From assembly GCA_002397275.1 (NCBI GenBank), contig DHAA01000113.1:4694-68693 (forward strand): 64,000 nt of DNA, given 5' to 3'. The notes under the pieces were generated by a model. That model saw only the letters and a list, made by a program, of their open reading frames with translations. It was not told the origin of the DNA and searched no databases. Numbering within the stretch: the stretch's first letter is position 1; each line of letters begins with the position of its first letter. This DNA is from Thermacetogenium sp. UBA4966. Lineage in GTDB: Bacteria > Bacillota > DSM-12270 > Thermacetogeniales > Thermacetogeniaceae. Position numbers and translations under genes: made by a program. Of this stretch, positions 9,541 to 18,696 are shown in pieces.

Positions 9541-10193
9541 GCGATTTACTGAAGTATATGGTGGAAAACGCTTCAATCATTCTGAATTATACCGAAACTC
9601 ATTTTTCTCTGATCTTCAGCGCGGTGATCATCTCGCTGCTGCTCTGGATTCCTGTAGGTATACTCATCTCTCGGAATGAGAAGCTGGCCGGTATAGTGCT
9701 GGGTATCGCCAACACTATCTTTTGCATACCCAGTCTCGCTTTGTTCGCGGTTTTCGTGACGGTTCCCTTTTTAGGGCTGGGGAGATCATCCGCTCTTCTC
9801 GCCCTGGTGCTCTATGCCATGATGCCGATGGTGATCAATGTGTACCAGGGGATTAAAATTGTTGATAAAAATGTGATCGAAGCGGCCAAAGGGATGGGCA
9901 TGAATTCCGGGCAGATTCTAAAAGAGATCCAGTTCCCTCTGGCGGTTCCGGTGATGTTCGCCGGCGTCAGGATAACGGTGGTTATGTCGACAGGCATTGC
10001 CGCTATCGCCGCCTATATCGGTGAGAGGAACCTGGGACGCCTGATTACCGAGGGCTTGACGAGGAATAACATCGAGATGATTCTCACAGGAGCTATACTG
10101 GTAGCCCTGATCGCTATTTTCTTTGACACCGTGCTGGGAGCCTTTGAGAAGATGCTGGTGCCGAAAGGCCTAAAGATACGCCGCAGTAATTAA
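9537..10193 (+). CDS. OpuC/ProW-type quaternary-amine ABC transporter permease
   Basis: Multi-pass membrane protein with the EAA-type loop AAKGMGMNSGQILKEIQFPLA. TTG 9537 overlaps the hutU stop; an alternative ATG lies at 9558. Confidence 0.8.
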   Translation: MSDLLKYMVENASIILNYTETHFSLIFSAVIISLLLWIPVGILISRNEKLAGIVLGIANTIFCIPSLALFAVFVTVPFLGLGRSSALLALVLYAMMPMVINVYQGIKIVDKNVIEAAKGMGMNSGQILKEIQFPLAVPVMFAGVRITVVMSTGIAAIAAYIGERNLGRLITEGLTRNNIEMILTGAILVALIAIFFDTVLGAFEKMLVPKGLKIRRSN

Positions 10194-10229
10194 CCGGATG
10201 CAGAGGACAGAGGACAAGGGGGAAAAAGA

Positions 10230-11357
10230 GTGATTGAATTACACGATGTCACAAAAATATATGATGGACAGACTGTTCCGGCTGTAGAGGATTTAACGCT
10301 GAAGATCGAGGAAGGGGAGACCTGTGTCTTTGTCGGACCCTCCGGTTGCGGTAAAAGCACTATCCTGCGCATGATCAACCGCATGATCGAACAGACCTCC
10401 GGGGATGTATTGATCGACGGCAAGGATGTGCGGGAAACGGACCCCAACCAGCTTCGCATGAGCATCGGCTATGTTATTCAGCAGATCGGCTTGCTGCCTC
10501 ACCGTACCGTCGCCGAAAACATCGGCATCGTTCCCCGCCTTCACGGCTGGGGGAAAGACAGGGTCGCCGCACGTGTCGACGAACTGCTGGAGCTGATGGG
10601 ATTGGACCCGGAAGAAACAAGAACGAAGTTTCCCGCCCAGCTCAGCGGCGGGCAGATGCAGAGGGTGGGGGTCGCCCGGGCGATGGCGGTGGACCCTCCG
10701 GTCATGCTGATGGACGAACCATTTGGAGCCGTCGATCCCATCGTCAGGAGCCGCCTGCAGGATGAATTTCTCAGACTGCAGAGAGAGATGAGGAAAACCA
10801 TCTGTTTTGTCACCCATGACATTAACGAGGCCATCAAGATGGGGGATACGATCGCCATTTTCACCAAGGGCCGGCTTGTTCAGCACGGTACCCCGCAGGA
10901 GATCCTGTCGCATCCCAAAAACGAGTTCGTAAAAGACTTTATCGGACAGGACCGGGTTGTGAAGATGCTGACCCTCTTCCAGGTCCATAATATAGCAAGG
11001 CCAAACCCATGTATTATCCGGGAGAACGAGCTGCCCGATATCGGCCGGAAAATGCAGCAAGAGCAAGCGCCGGTGATCTTCCTGGTGGACGATTCCGGAA
11101 AACCATGCGGCCTGATTACAGCTGAGGACCTGGAAAGGGAGACCGCGAACGGCGCCGGGACGGAAAGGCTCAAGGAGCTGGCTTACAGCAAACGGGGCGC
11201 TTTCATAGGAGGGGATCTGCTTTTAAACGACGCCCTTTCTTATATGTTGGAGTGGGATACGGATTACCTTGGCGTGATGAATGGACGCGGCCTTGCCGAG
11301 GTGCTCTCCATGGCCGATATCAGAGAGTGTGCCTGCCGGAAAGAAGGGGATCAGTAG
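10230..11357 (+). CDS. Quaternary-amine ABC transporter ATP-binding protein with C-terminal CBS-like region (OpuCA/ProV-like)
   Basis: Walker A GPSGCGKST, signature LSGGQMQRV, Walker B VMLMDEP. The roughly 130 aa C-terminal extension is typical of osmoprotectant-importer ATPases. Confidence 0.88.
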   Translation: MIELHDVTKIYDGQTVPAVEDLTLKIEEGETCVFVGPSGCGKSTILRMINRMIEQTSGDVLIDGKDVRETDPNQLRMSIGYVIQQIGLLPHRTVAENIGIVPRLHGWGKDRVAARVDELLELMGLDPEETRTKFPAQLSGGQMQRVGVARAMAVDPPVMLMDEPFGAVDPIVRSRLQDEFLRLQREMRKTICFVTHDINEAIKMGDTIAIFTKGRLVQHGTPQEILSHPKNEFVKDFIGQDRVVKMLTLFQVHNIARPNPCIIRENELPDIGRKMQQEQAPVIFLVDDSGKPCGLITAEDLERETANGAGTERLKELAYSKRGAFIGGDLLLNDALSYMLEWDTDYLGVMNGRGLAEVLSMADIRECACRKEGDQ

Positions 11358-11999
11358 ATGAATGGCGTGCGTATACTGGATGCGTTGTCCAGGGTGCCGC
11401 AAGAGCTGACGATCCATATTATCATGGTGGTCGTGTCTTTAGCTATCGCCATCGCCGTCTCTATTCCTCTGGGAGTCTTTTTGACCAGGCCGCGCTTTAA
11501 AAAGTTCGGAGTAGTGGCGATGAATATCCTCAATATTTTTCAGGCTTTTCCCGGCATGGCGATCATCGCCCTGACCATGCCTATTCTGGGATTGGGGCTC
11601 AAGCCTGCTATTGGAGCTTTAGTTGTGCAGGCCCTCTTGCCTATCGCCAGGAATACCATCGCCGGGCTTTACGGGGTCGATTCCAGTATCAAGGAGGCGG
11701 CCCAGGGGATGGGAATGTCTGAGGGGAGGATACTAAAAGAGGTCGAGGTTCCTCTCGCCCTGCCGGTTATTCTGGCAGGGATCAGGACCTCCGCGGTCTA
11801 TGTGGTCAGCGTGGGTACCCTGGCCGCCTACATCGGCGGAGGGGGTCTGGGGAACTTGATTATAACCGGACTGAATATGCTCTGGGTCGAATTCCTGATC
11901 GTAGGCGCCGGTTTTGGAGCTTTGCTGGCAATCGCTTTTGACCGGGGGCTGAGTTATGTAGAGTTCAGACTCACGCCTCCTGGTTTTTCCACTAAATAG
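11358..11999 (+). CDS. OpuC/ProW-type quaternary-amine ABC transporter permease (second subunit)
   Basis: Paralog of the 9537 permease, with EAA-type loop AAQGMGMSEGRILKEVEVPLA. The ATG directly follows the ATPase stop. Confidence 0.8.
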   Translation: MNGVRILDALSRVPQELTIHIIMVVVSLAIAIAVSIPLGVFLTRPRFKKFGVVAMNILNIFQAFPGMAIIALTMPILGLGLKPAIGALVVQALLPIARNTIAGLYGVDSSIKEAAQGMGMSEGRILKEVEVPLALPVILAGIRTSAVYVVSVGTLAAYIGGGGLGNLIITGLNMLWVEFLIVGAGFGALLAIAFDRGLSYVEFRLTPPGFSTK

Positions 12000-12087
12000 A
12001 ATAAAAGCTTTCCGCTTGAGGAGGTGAGAGCCTGCTTCAATTGCTGCCTATTGCGGTAAAAGTGAAAAAAGGAAAAGGGGGATATCT

Positions 12088-13008
12088 GTGAAAAAAACTT
12101 TTATGCGGAGTCTTGTTTTGCTGCTGGTTCTGTCATTGGCTGTCTTCGCCCTCGCCGGATGCGGCGATAAAAAGGCTGATGCGGACAAGCCTACGATTGT
12201 AGTCGGTTCCAAGACCTTCACCGAAGCCCTGCTGCTGGGGACGCTGACCTATGATTACCTGGAAGCGAAGGAGTATCCGGTGGAAAACAAGGTCGGTCTG
12301 GGCGAATTGGCTGTTGTCAGGCCGGCTTTGGAATCAGGGGAGATCAACTGCTACTGGGAGTATACCGGCACTGTTTTGATTTCTGTTATGGAAGAAGAGC
12401 CGAGCTATGACGAAGAGAAGTGCTACAATGCGGTCAAGGACTGGGACGCCAAGAACGATATCGTCTGGCTGCCCTATGCGAAATACCAGAGCACATATTG
12501 TCTGCCGGTCAGGAAAGAGATCGCCGAAAAGTACAACTTAAAAACCATCTCCGATTTGGTCGCCCAGGTTAAGAAAGGCGAGAAAATCCGCCTTGCCGGT
12601 TTCCAGGAATGGGTGGAGCGCCCGGATGGGCTGCCGCATGTGGAAGAAGTTTATGAATTCAAGTATCCCAAGGACCAGATCAGCTTGCTCGCCATGTTCA
12701 TGGGCTTAGAAGCCATGAAAGAAGGGGAAGTCGACGTTTGCATCTCCAACACAATCGAGCCCAGGATCAATTCTTATGGCCTGGCCGTTCTGGAAGATGA
12801 CAAGAACTGCTTCCCGGTTTACAATCCGGCGCCGCTTGTCAGAAAAGAGATTATCGACGCTTATCCGGAACTTGCCGACGATATTCAGAAGCTCACAGAC
12901 GAGCTGAACGAGGACTCGATCAACGATCTGTGCGCCAGAGTCGATGTTGACAAGCAGAGCGTGGAGAAGGTATCCAAAGATTTCTTAAAGGAAAAAAAGC
13001 TGATCTAA
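12088..13008 (+). CDS. Lipoprotein substrate-binding protein of the glycine-betaine/OpuC family
   Basis: Signal peptide ending in the lipobox LAGC. Its size and position as the fourth gene of the ABC operon fit OpuCC-type binding proteins. The substrate is not deducible by eye. Confidence 0.75.
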   Translation: MKKTFMRSLVLLLVLSLAVFALAGCGDKKADADKPTIVVGSKTFTEALLLGTLTYDYLEAKEYPVENKVGLGELAVVRPALESGEINCYWEYTGTVLISVMEEEPSYDEEKCYNAVKDWDAKNDIVWLPYAKYQSTYCLPVRKEIAEKYNLKTISDLVAQVKKGEKIRLAGFQEWVERPDGLPHVEEVYEFKYPKDQISLLAMFMGLEAMKEGEVDVCISNTIEPRINSYGLAVLEDDKNCFPVYNPAPLVRKEIIDAYPELADDIQKLTDELNEDSINDLCARVDVDKQSVEKVSKDFLKEKKLI

Positions 13009-13283
13009 AGTAACCGTAATAACTGAATCTAACCGGCCCCGGCGCCTGCCTGCAAGAGAGCCGCCAGGGGCGAATAACGGAAACCCGGGTTTGCAGTAAT
13101 CGCACGTATATTTAATTTTTGCATTAATATCATGCACCCGCTGGAATTATCGCCGTCACCCTGGGTTGAGAAAAAGATATAAAAAGTTCTGCTTAGAGTG
13201 AAGAGATGCCGGGGGGTGGAGAGCGGAAAAATCGCGTCTGCTCCCTATTTTCTTTTGATTTAATGAGAGAGGGGTATTGTGTT

Positions 13284-14486
13284 GTGTACCTGACCGAGTA
13301 TGAACAAGAGATGCTTGACGGGAAATATGGTTCCGCATCAAAGATGGCTCTCCAGGTACAGGTTGCCGTCGGGGAGTGTTTTGGAGCAAAGCGCCTGCTG
13401 GAGGCGAGCCGTGTGCATGTGGCTTCCAGCAACCAGGAGGCTGACGTTTGGTTCGCTGAAAAACTGCTCAAGTTGGGGGGGCGCTGCCGGATAACGCCTA
13501 CTGTGAACCCCGGCTTCAACCTTTCCTATTTGAGCCGCTACCTCTCCATATCCAGGGAAGATGCCGGCCTGATGGAAAGAGCGCGCCGGGCTTACAGGGA
13601 TCTGGGGGCGCTGCTGACCTTAAGCTGCACCCCTTATTTAGAGGCCAATGTGCCCCGCTTCGGCGAGATCCTGTCTTATTCGGAAACCAGCGTTACCATC
13701 TATGTTAATTCCGTGATCGGCGCTCGCACCAACCGGGAAGCGGTACAGAGTTCCCTTTGCGCGGCGATCACCGGCAGAGTTCCTGAATACGGATTTCTGC
13801 TCAATGAAAACCGCCGGGGGACGGTACTCGTGCAGGTGGATGCCGACCTCAGATCAGATTTCGACTACCAGCTCCTGGGGTGCTGTACGCAAAAGATCGG
13901 GCCGGGGGTTCCTGTTTTTGTCGGACTGCCCGCAAACCCTTCCCAGGAGGCGCTGATCAACCTCGGTACTCAGCTGAATACCACCGCTTCCTATGCCATG
14001 TTCCATATCCCGGGCGTTACGCCGGAAGCGCCCGATCTGAAGGCGGCTTTTGCCGGGAGGGAACCGGAAAGAGTGGTTACCGTTACCGATGATGATCTGC
14101 ATGAGATTCATCAGATAATCTCTCAGCCCCCGCAAAAGATCGATTTCGCCATGTTCGGCTGCCCGCACTTCACCATCCGCCAGGTGCAGGAGGTGGCGAG
14201 CCTTGTCCGAGGAAAGAAACTGGCCGCGGAGATGTGGGTGCTCACCTCCAGCCTGAACAGGGAGCTGGCGCGGCGCACAGGCATGCTGCAGGACATTGAG
14301 CAGGCCGGGGGGCGCCTTGTGGAGGATACCTGTATCGACCAACCCTGCTGGTCGCACCTGAAGGGGAAGGTGGGGGTCACAGATTCACCGAAATGCGCTT
14401 ACTACGCCAAAATGAGGGGCATGGATTTTGTCGTCAGGGATTTGGCGTCCTGTGTCCAGGCAGCTGTAAAGGGGGAAGTGTCGTGA
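13284..14486 (+). CDS. Aconitase X (AcnX, DUF521) catalytic subunit
   Basis: N-terminal YLTEYEQEMLDGKYG... and overall DUF521-like sequence. GTG 13284 is preferred (AGAGAGGGG RBS), with an alternative ATG at 13263; the ORF-track start 13206 is probably too far upstream. Confidence 0.75.
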   Translation: MYLTEYEQEMLDGKYGSASKMALQVQVAVGECFGAKRLLEASRVHVASSNQEADVWFAEKLLKLGGRCRITPTVNPGFNLSYLSRYLSISREDAGLMERARRAYRDLGALLTLSCTPYLEANVPRFGEILSYSETSVTIYVNSVIGARTNREAVQSSLCAAITGRVPEYGFLLNENRRGTVLVQVDADLRSDFDYQLLGCCTQKIGPGVPVFVGLPANPSQEALINLGTQLNTTASYAMFHIPGVTPEAPDLKAAFAGREPERVVTVTDDDLHEIHQIISQPPQKIDFAMFGCPHFTIRQVQEVASLVRGKKLAAEMWVLTSSLNRELARRTGMLQDIEQAGGRLVEDTCIDQPCWSHLKGKVGVTDSPKCAYYAKMRGMDFVVRDLASCVQAAVKGEVS

Positions 14487-14899
14487 AAGGCCGGGAGAGC
14501 ACCTTCAACTGCCATATGATAGCCGAGGGGAGAGCCGGCGGAGAGGCTCTTGTCTCACAGGATGAGATTTTATTCTATCTGGTTGATCCGCAAAGCGGCA
14601 TAGTTATCGAAAAAGGCCATTCCCTTGAAGGGAAAAGCATCGCCGGGAAAATCCTTGTCTTCCCGGCGGGCAAAGGCAGTTCCTCAGTGCAGGTTGACGG
14701 CCTCTACCAGCTTCTCAGGCGCGGCAACGCCCCCCGGGGGATGATCATTGAGAGACCCGATACCATCCTGGTAACCAGCGCCATCATCATGGAGATCCCC
14801 CTTGTCGACCGAGTGGATCCCGCCTTCTATGAGCTGGTTAAGGATGGCGACCGCCTGGAGCTTGACGCCGGCCAGGGCCGCCTCACCTGGCGTAATTAG
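14483..14899 (+). CDS. Aconitase X swivel-domain subunit (DUF126)
   Basis: GKILVFPAGKGSSS and GNAPRGMI blocks typical of the AcnX small/swivel subunit. GTG 14483 overlaps the large-subunit stop (GTGA) and has an AAAGGGGGAAG RBS. Confidence 0.75.
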   Translation: MKGRESTFNCHMIAEGRAGGEALVSQDEILFYLVDPQSGIVIEKGHSLEGKSIAGKILVFPAGKGSSSVQVDGLYQLLRRGNAPRGMIIERPDTILVTSAIIMEIPLVDRVDPAFYELVKDGDRLELDAGQGRLTWRN

Positions 14900-15170
14900 T
14901 GGTTGGTAAAATAGAAGTCGGAGGCTGGAAGTCGGATGTCGGAAAGTGGAGGCCGGCTGGATTCCAGCGAAGCGACCATAATGGAGTTCCGGGTAACGAG
15001 CCGGTTCTGGGCTGCTGTGGAATTCACCCCCTGATCGTCTTTTCCAACTTCTAACTTCGGACTTCTCACATCCAGGCATAATAGGGAGCGAGCGGAATCC
15101 ACCGGGGTGACCCACCCCTGAATAGACACAAGACGTGGTTGCTAGTTAGTCGTTAGTGGTTGGTAGTTGG
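14900..15170 (+). repeat. Modular intergenic repeat, copy A (GT-rich, GAAGTCGGAGG and core IR modules)
   Basis: The core is bounded by CCGGCTGGATTCC (14953) and GGAATCCACCGG (15105). It contains GGATTCCAGCGAAGCGACCATAATGGAGTTCCGGGTAACG and CATAATAGGGAGCGAGCGGAATCC, and is flanked by GT-rich GTGGTTGG... blocks. Confidence 0.85.
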
Positions 15171-15256
15171 AGAAAGTAATTGGAAAGAGAATTTAGCAGC
15201 CGGCGGTCAGTGGTTGGGAGCATAGTACTGATTTTGAATGAGAGGAGATGGATTTG

Positions 15257-15637
15257 ATGAAAGAGGCGTTTAATTCCTCAAAGGCGCCGGGACCTATGGG
15301 CGCTTATTCCCCTGCGGTCAAGGCGGGCGCCGTGATCTTTGTATCGGGACAGGGGCCTGAAGATGCCGTGACGCATGCAGCTAAAGGGAATAATATTGAG
15401 GAGCAGACACGCTTTGCCCTCGATAACCTGCTGGCGCAGCTGGAGGCGGCGGGAGCGGAGAGGGATGATGTGGTTAAGGTCAATGTTTATTTGAAAGACC
15501 TTAATGATTTTGAGAGATTCAACCAGGTTTATGCCGGCTATTTTCCGGATCCGAAGCCGGCCCGGACCACGGTTGGCTGCGATTTGATCAATGGGATCAT
15601 GATTGAACTAGACGCCGTCGCTTTGCTGAGCAAATAA
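15257..15637 (+). CDS. RidA/YjgF-family reactive enamine/imine deaminase
   Basis: About 126 aa with the characteristic YSPAV..G..IFVSGQ and C-terminal PARTTV...L....IE blocks. Confidence 0.85.
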   Translation: MKEAFNSSKAPGPMGAYSPAVKAGAVIFVSGQGPEDAVTHAAKGNNIEEQTRFALDNLLAQLEAAGAERDDVVKVNVYLKDLNDFERFNQVYAGYFPDPKPARTTVGCDLINGIMIELDAVALLSK

Positions 15638-15662
15638 ATGCGGCAGATAGGGAGTGTGGAAG

Positions 15663-16760
15663 TTGGCGACTGAGATCAGGAAGTGTATCTTGAATATCGA
15701 CCCTTATGTGCCCGGGAAACCTATAGAGGATGTGCAGCGTGAACTGGGGATCGACGACGTGATCAAACTGGCGTCTAATGAGAATCCCCTAGGGCCTTCA
15801 CCGCTGGCTGTTCAGGCAGTGCAGGAGGCGGCCGCGAAGCTGAATCTTTACCCGGACAGCAACTGTTATTATTTAAAGCAAGAGTTATCCGCGCATCTGG
15901 GAGTCAGCCCGGACAATTTAATTATTGGGAATGGAATCGATGAACTGCTTACCATTTTGGGCGAAATCTATCTCAACCCCTGTGATGAGGTTGTTTTCGC
16001 CGACCCCTCGTTTCCTGCTTATGCAACGGTAACCCGTCTGATGGGCGCCAAACCCGTCGCCGTACCTGTGGACGGGCATTTTAGCCATGATCTAGAAGCC
16101 ATGGCTAAGGCGGTCACAGATCAAACCAAGCTGGTTTTTCTGTGCAACCCCAATAACCCTACGGGAAGCATGTTAACCAGAGAGCAGATCGATGCTTTTT
16201 TGGAGCAGGCGCCGCCAAAAGTGTTGGTCGTTCTGGATGAAGCGTATGCAGAGTACGCGGCGTCCAAGGATTACCCTGATGGAATTGATTATGTGCGGGA
16301 AGGGCGTAATGTGATTGTTTTCCGGACATTTTCCAAGGTCTATGGTCTGGCCGGGGCGCGGGTGGGATACGGCGCCGCGGATCCGAAAATCATTTCTCTC
16401 TTTAATCGTGTCCGTGAGCCCTTTAATGTAAACTGCCTGGCACAAATCGCCGCCTCTGCCGCTCTGCGAGACAGAGGGCATGTCGAGGCCACATTAAAGA
16501 ATAATGAGCGGGGGAAACTCTTTTATTATCAAAAATTTGAGGAATTGGGGCTCCCTTATGTTCCAACCGAGACCAATTTCATCTTTGTCGACCTGCAAGG
16601 GGACGGTAAAAAAATATTTAACGCTTTGCTGCGGAAGGGCGTGATCATCAGGCCCGGGGATATTTACGGCTATCCCCGCTGCGCACGGGTAACTATTGGG
16701 AAACCGGAAGAGAACGCCCGTTTTATTGACGAGTTGCGGAGGCTTTCCCTTGGCGCATAG
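15663..16760 (+). CDS. Histidinol-phosphate aminotransferase-like class II aminotransferase
   Basis: LASNENPLGPSP and the PLP-lysine context FRTFSKVYGLAGARVGY. The start is uncertain (TTG 15663 or GTG 15654). Confidence 0.8.
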   Translation: MATEIRKCILNIDPYVPGKPIEDVQRELGIDDVIKLASNENPLGPSPLAVQAVQEAAAKLNLYPDSNCYYLKQELSAHLGVSPDNLIIGNGIDELLTILGEIYLNPCDEVVFADPSFPAYATVTRLMGAKPVAVPVDGHFSHDLEAMAKAVTDQTKLVFLCNPNNPTGSMLTREQIDAFLEQAPPKVLVVLDEAYAEYAASKDYPDGIDYVREGRNVIVFRTFSKVYGLAGARVGYGAADPKIISLFNRVREPFNVNCLAQIAASAALRDRGHVEATLKNNERGKLFYYQKFEELGLPYVPTETNFIFVDLQGDGKKIFNALLRKGVIIRPGDIYGYPRCARVTIGKPEENARFIDELRRLSLGA

Positions 16761-16771
16761 AATATTTGCGC
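16753..16771. promoter_or_regulatory. Candidate enhancer (UAS) inverted repeat GCGCATA-N5-TTTGCGC
   Basis: 7-5-7 inverted repeat lying 41 nt upstream of the sigma-54 promoter at 16812. The same architecture occurs at 18438 and 22304. Confidence 0.55.
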
Positions 16772-16811
16772 TGCGGATGATTATTATCCTATATTAGCGC
16801 ATATTTTTGTC

Positions 16812-16827
16812 TGGTATGGTTTTTGCA
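16812..16827 (+). promoter_or_regulatory. Sigma-54 (-24/-12) promoter
   Basis: TGGTATGGTTTTTGCA, with GG and GC exactly 12 nt apart, matches TGGCAC-N5-TTGCA. It lies about 110 nt upstream of the MttB gene at 16939. Confidence 0.7.
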
Positions 16828-16938
16828 ATATAATAATTTACCAGGATCAATTAATACCGGTCGGGCGCCTTGAATCATGACAGCGTTCGGGCGGGAAGGC
16901 GGAGCGATTTCAACTACTATTTTTAGGAGGTATTCCTG

Positions 16939-18375
16939 ATGTATCTAGGTAAGCTTTACAACGAACCGGAGATTATGTTCAATACGTTGAACCAGGACCA
17001 GGTCAGGGAGATTCATTCGAAAAGCATTAGGATCCTAGAAGAACTGGGAATGGTCGTTCACCACGAAGAAGCCCGGCGGCTGTTAAAAGAGGCGGGGGCC
17101 TTTGTAGAGGGTGATAAGGTGTTCGTGCCCGCTTTTTTGGTGGAAAATGCGATCAGAACAGCGCCTTCAACCTTTACTTTATATGATCGCTGCGGGGATG
17201 CGGCAATGCATGTAGAACACCGCAATATTTACTATGGGACGGGATCCGATACGCCAAATCTCATTGATTTTGAGACCAGAGAAAGACGCAAGTGGACGAA
17301 AAAGGATGTGGAGGGCGGCATTGCCCTCTGCGACTATCTGGAAAATATCGATTTTGTGATGTCCATGGGCTTGATTTCTGATGTAGATCCGCTGCTGAAC
17401 ACTCGTGAGCAGTATGCGGTTATGATCAGAAAATCAAAGAAGCCGCAGATTGTCGTCTGCGACGACGTCAATGATTTAAATGATGTTATTGCCATGGCTG
17501 TAGCGGTGAGGGGCAGCCTGGAAAATTTGCAGCGAAAACCTCTGTTCGCCGTATATTGTGAGCCCAGCTCGCCTCTCGTCAACACCTTCAACGCCATCGA
17601 CAAGCTTTTGCTCTGCGCCGAGCAGAGAATTCCGGTTAATTATGCCGGCGGCGGATTGGCAGGGGGAACGACCCCGGTCACAGCCGCGGGAACGATTCTT
17701 TTGAATAACGCCGAGTGCTTGCTGGGACTGGTTATACACCAGCTTAAAAATCCGGGCGCTCCATTTTTGTATGGGTTCGGCAACGGGCCGCTGGATATGA
17801 AAACCATGCAGTCCATCTATTCTTCGCCGACCGCCATCCAGATTCAGGGCGGAATGTGTGAAATGGCCAGGTATTACCGCTTGCCCTCCTGGGGAGAGGC
17901 CGGGGACGGCGCCTCTAAAATGTGCGATGAGCAGAGCACCATGGAAGCATCCCACTTTATCTTGATGGCAGCCCTGCAGGGCTGCAATATAACCCATGAT
18001 GTCGGTTATCTGGATTGCGGCTTGAGTATTTCATTCGAGCATCTGGTGATCTGCGATCAGATCATCGGCAGAACAAAGGCTACGGTAAAAGAGCTGAAAA
18101 CAGATGAGGAATATTTGGGCTATGAGGCCATCGCCAGGGTCGGTCATGGCGGTAACTATATCTGCGACAAGCATACCTTTAATCATATGAAGGAAGAGTG
18201 GCGCGGGGATCTGTCTGATTTCAATTCTTATGAAACCTGGCACGGCAAAGGAAAACTGAGCATGAGAGAGCGCGCTCATGAAAAGGTGCTGCATATTCTC
18301 TCTAATTATCAGCCGGAACCGCTGGCCGCGGAAGTTGATGCCCAGATTGAAGAGATTTTAAACCAGGCCAGATAA
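16939..18375 (+). CDS. MttB-superfamily corrinoid-dependent methyltransferase (non-pyrrolysine)
   Basis: 478 aa uninterrupted ORF with MttB-family architecture and an AGGAGG RBS. It is a paralog of the ORFs at 1 and 18697. Confidence 0.88.
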   Translation: MYLGKLYNEPEIMFNTLNQDQVREIHSKSIRILEELGMVVHHEEARRLLKEAGAFVEGDKVFVPAFLVENAIRTAPSTFTLYDRCGDAAMHVEHRNIYYGTGSDTPNLIDFETRERRKWTKKDVEGGIALCDYLENIDFVMSMGLISDVDPLLNTREQYAVMIRKSKKPQIVVCDDVNDLNDVIAMAVAVRGSLENLQRKPLFAVYCEPSSPLVNTFNAIDKLLLCAEQRIPVNYAGGGLAGGTTPVTAAGTILLNNAECLLGLVIHQLKNPGAPFLYGFGNGPLDMKTMQSIYSSPTAIQIQGGMCEMARYYRLPSWGEAGDGASKMCDEQSTMEASHFILMAALQGCNITHDVGYLDCGLSISFEHLVICDQIIGRTKATVKELKTDEEYLGYEAIARVGHGGNYICDKHTFNHMKEEWRGDLSDFNSYETWHGKGKLSMRERAHEKVLHILSNYQPEPLAAEVDAQIEEILNQAR

Positions 18376-18390
18376 TAAGGGCTATGGCAT

Positions 18391-18428
18391 ACCGTTCCCA
18401 TCCTGATGGGGACGGTATATTTATTTCT
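18391..18428 (+). terminator. Rho-independent terminator
   Basis: ACCGTTCCCATC-CT-GATGGGGACGGT hairpin (one mismatch) followed by ATATTTATTTCT, 15 nt after the stop codon. Confidence 0.7.
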
Positions 18429-18437
18429 ACGTTCACA

Positions 18438-18456
18438 GCGCAAAATTTTTATGCGC
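18438..18456. promoter_or_regulatory. Candidate enhancer (UAS) inverted repeat GCGCAAA-N5-TATGCGC
   Basis: Same 7-5-7 motif as at 16753 and 22304. It lies about 140 nt upstream of the sigma-54 promoter at 18595. Confidence 0.5.
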
Positions 18457-18594
18457 GCATTATTATTTTCCGTGATCGCTCGTAGCAAGGGGGGAGAGCA
18501 TATTCCACTCCAATTCCTTTGAACATTACACAAAAGCGGAGACCGCCGTTATTAAATATGACCGCTATGCAGGGCAAGCGCCGCGGCGAGCCGC

Positions 18595-18610
18595 GGGCAT
18601 GTTTCTTGCA
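18595..18610 (+). promoter_or_regulatory. Sigma-54 (-24/-12) promoter
   Basis: GGGCATGTTTCTTGCA with the GG-N10-GC spacing correct, followed by ATA as in the other two sites. It lies about 85 nt upstream of the MttB gene at 18697. Confidence 0.65.
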
Positions 18611-18696
18611 ATACATAATTGACGGATAAAAGCTTCACATGGAGTGGAGGGCCTTGCATGGAGTGGGGGCAAATTACCGGGAAGGGGTTTTAGCTT

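Noticed and set aside
10293-11066. 257-aa minus-strand ORF
   Set aside because: It is antisense to the ABC ATPase gene, which has canonical Walker and signature motifs. It has no RBS or motifs of its own.
14896-15129. 77-aa ORF, and the similar 80-aa ORF at 41856..42098, lying inside repeat copies A and G
   Set aside because: The shared peptide string (EATIMEFRVT) comes from the repeat core, but it is read on opposite strands or frames relative to the element in different copies. Other copies (D, F) interrupt it, so the conservation is at the nucleotide level, not the protein level.
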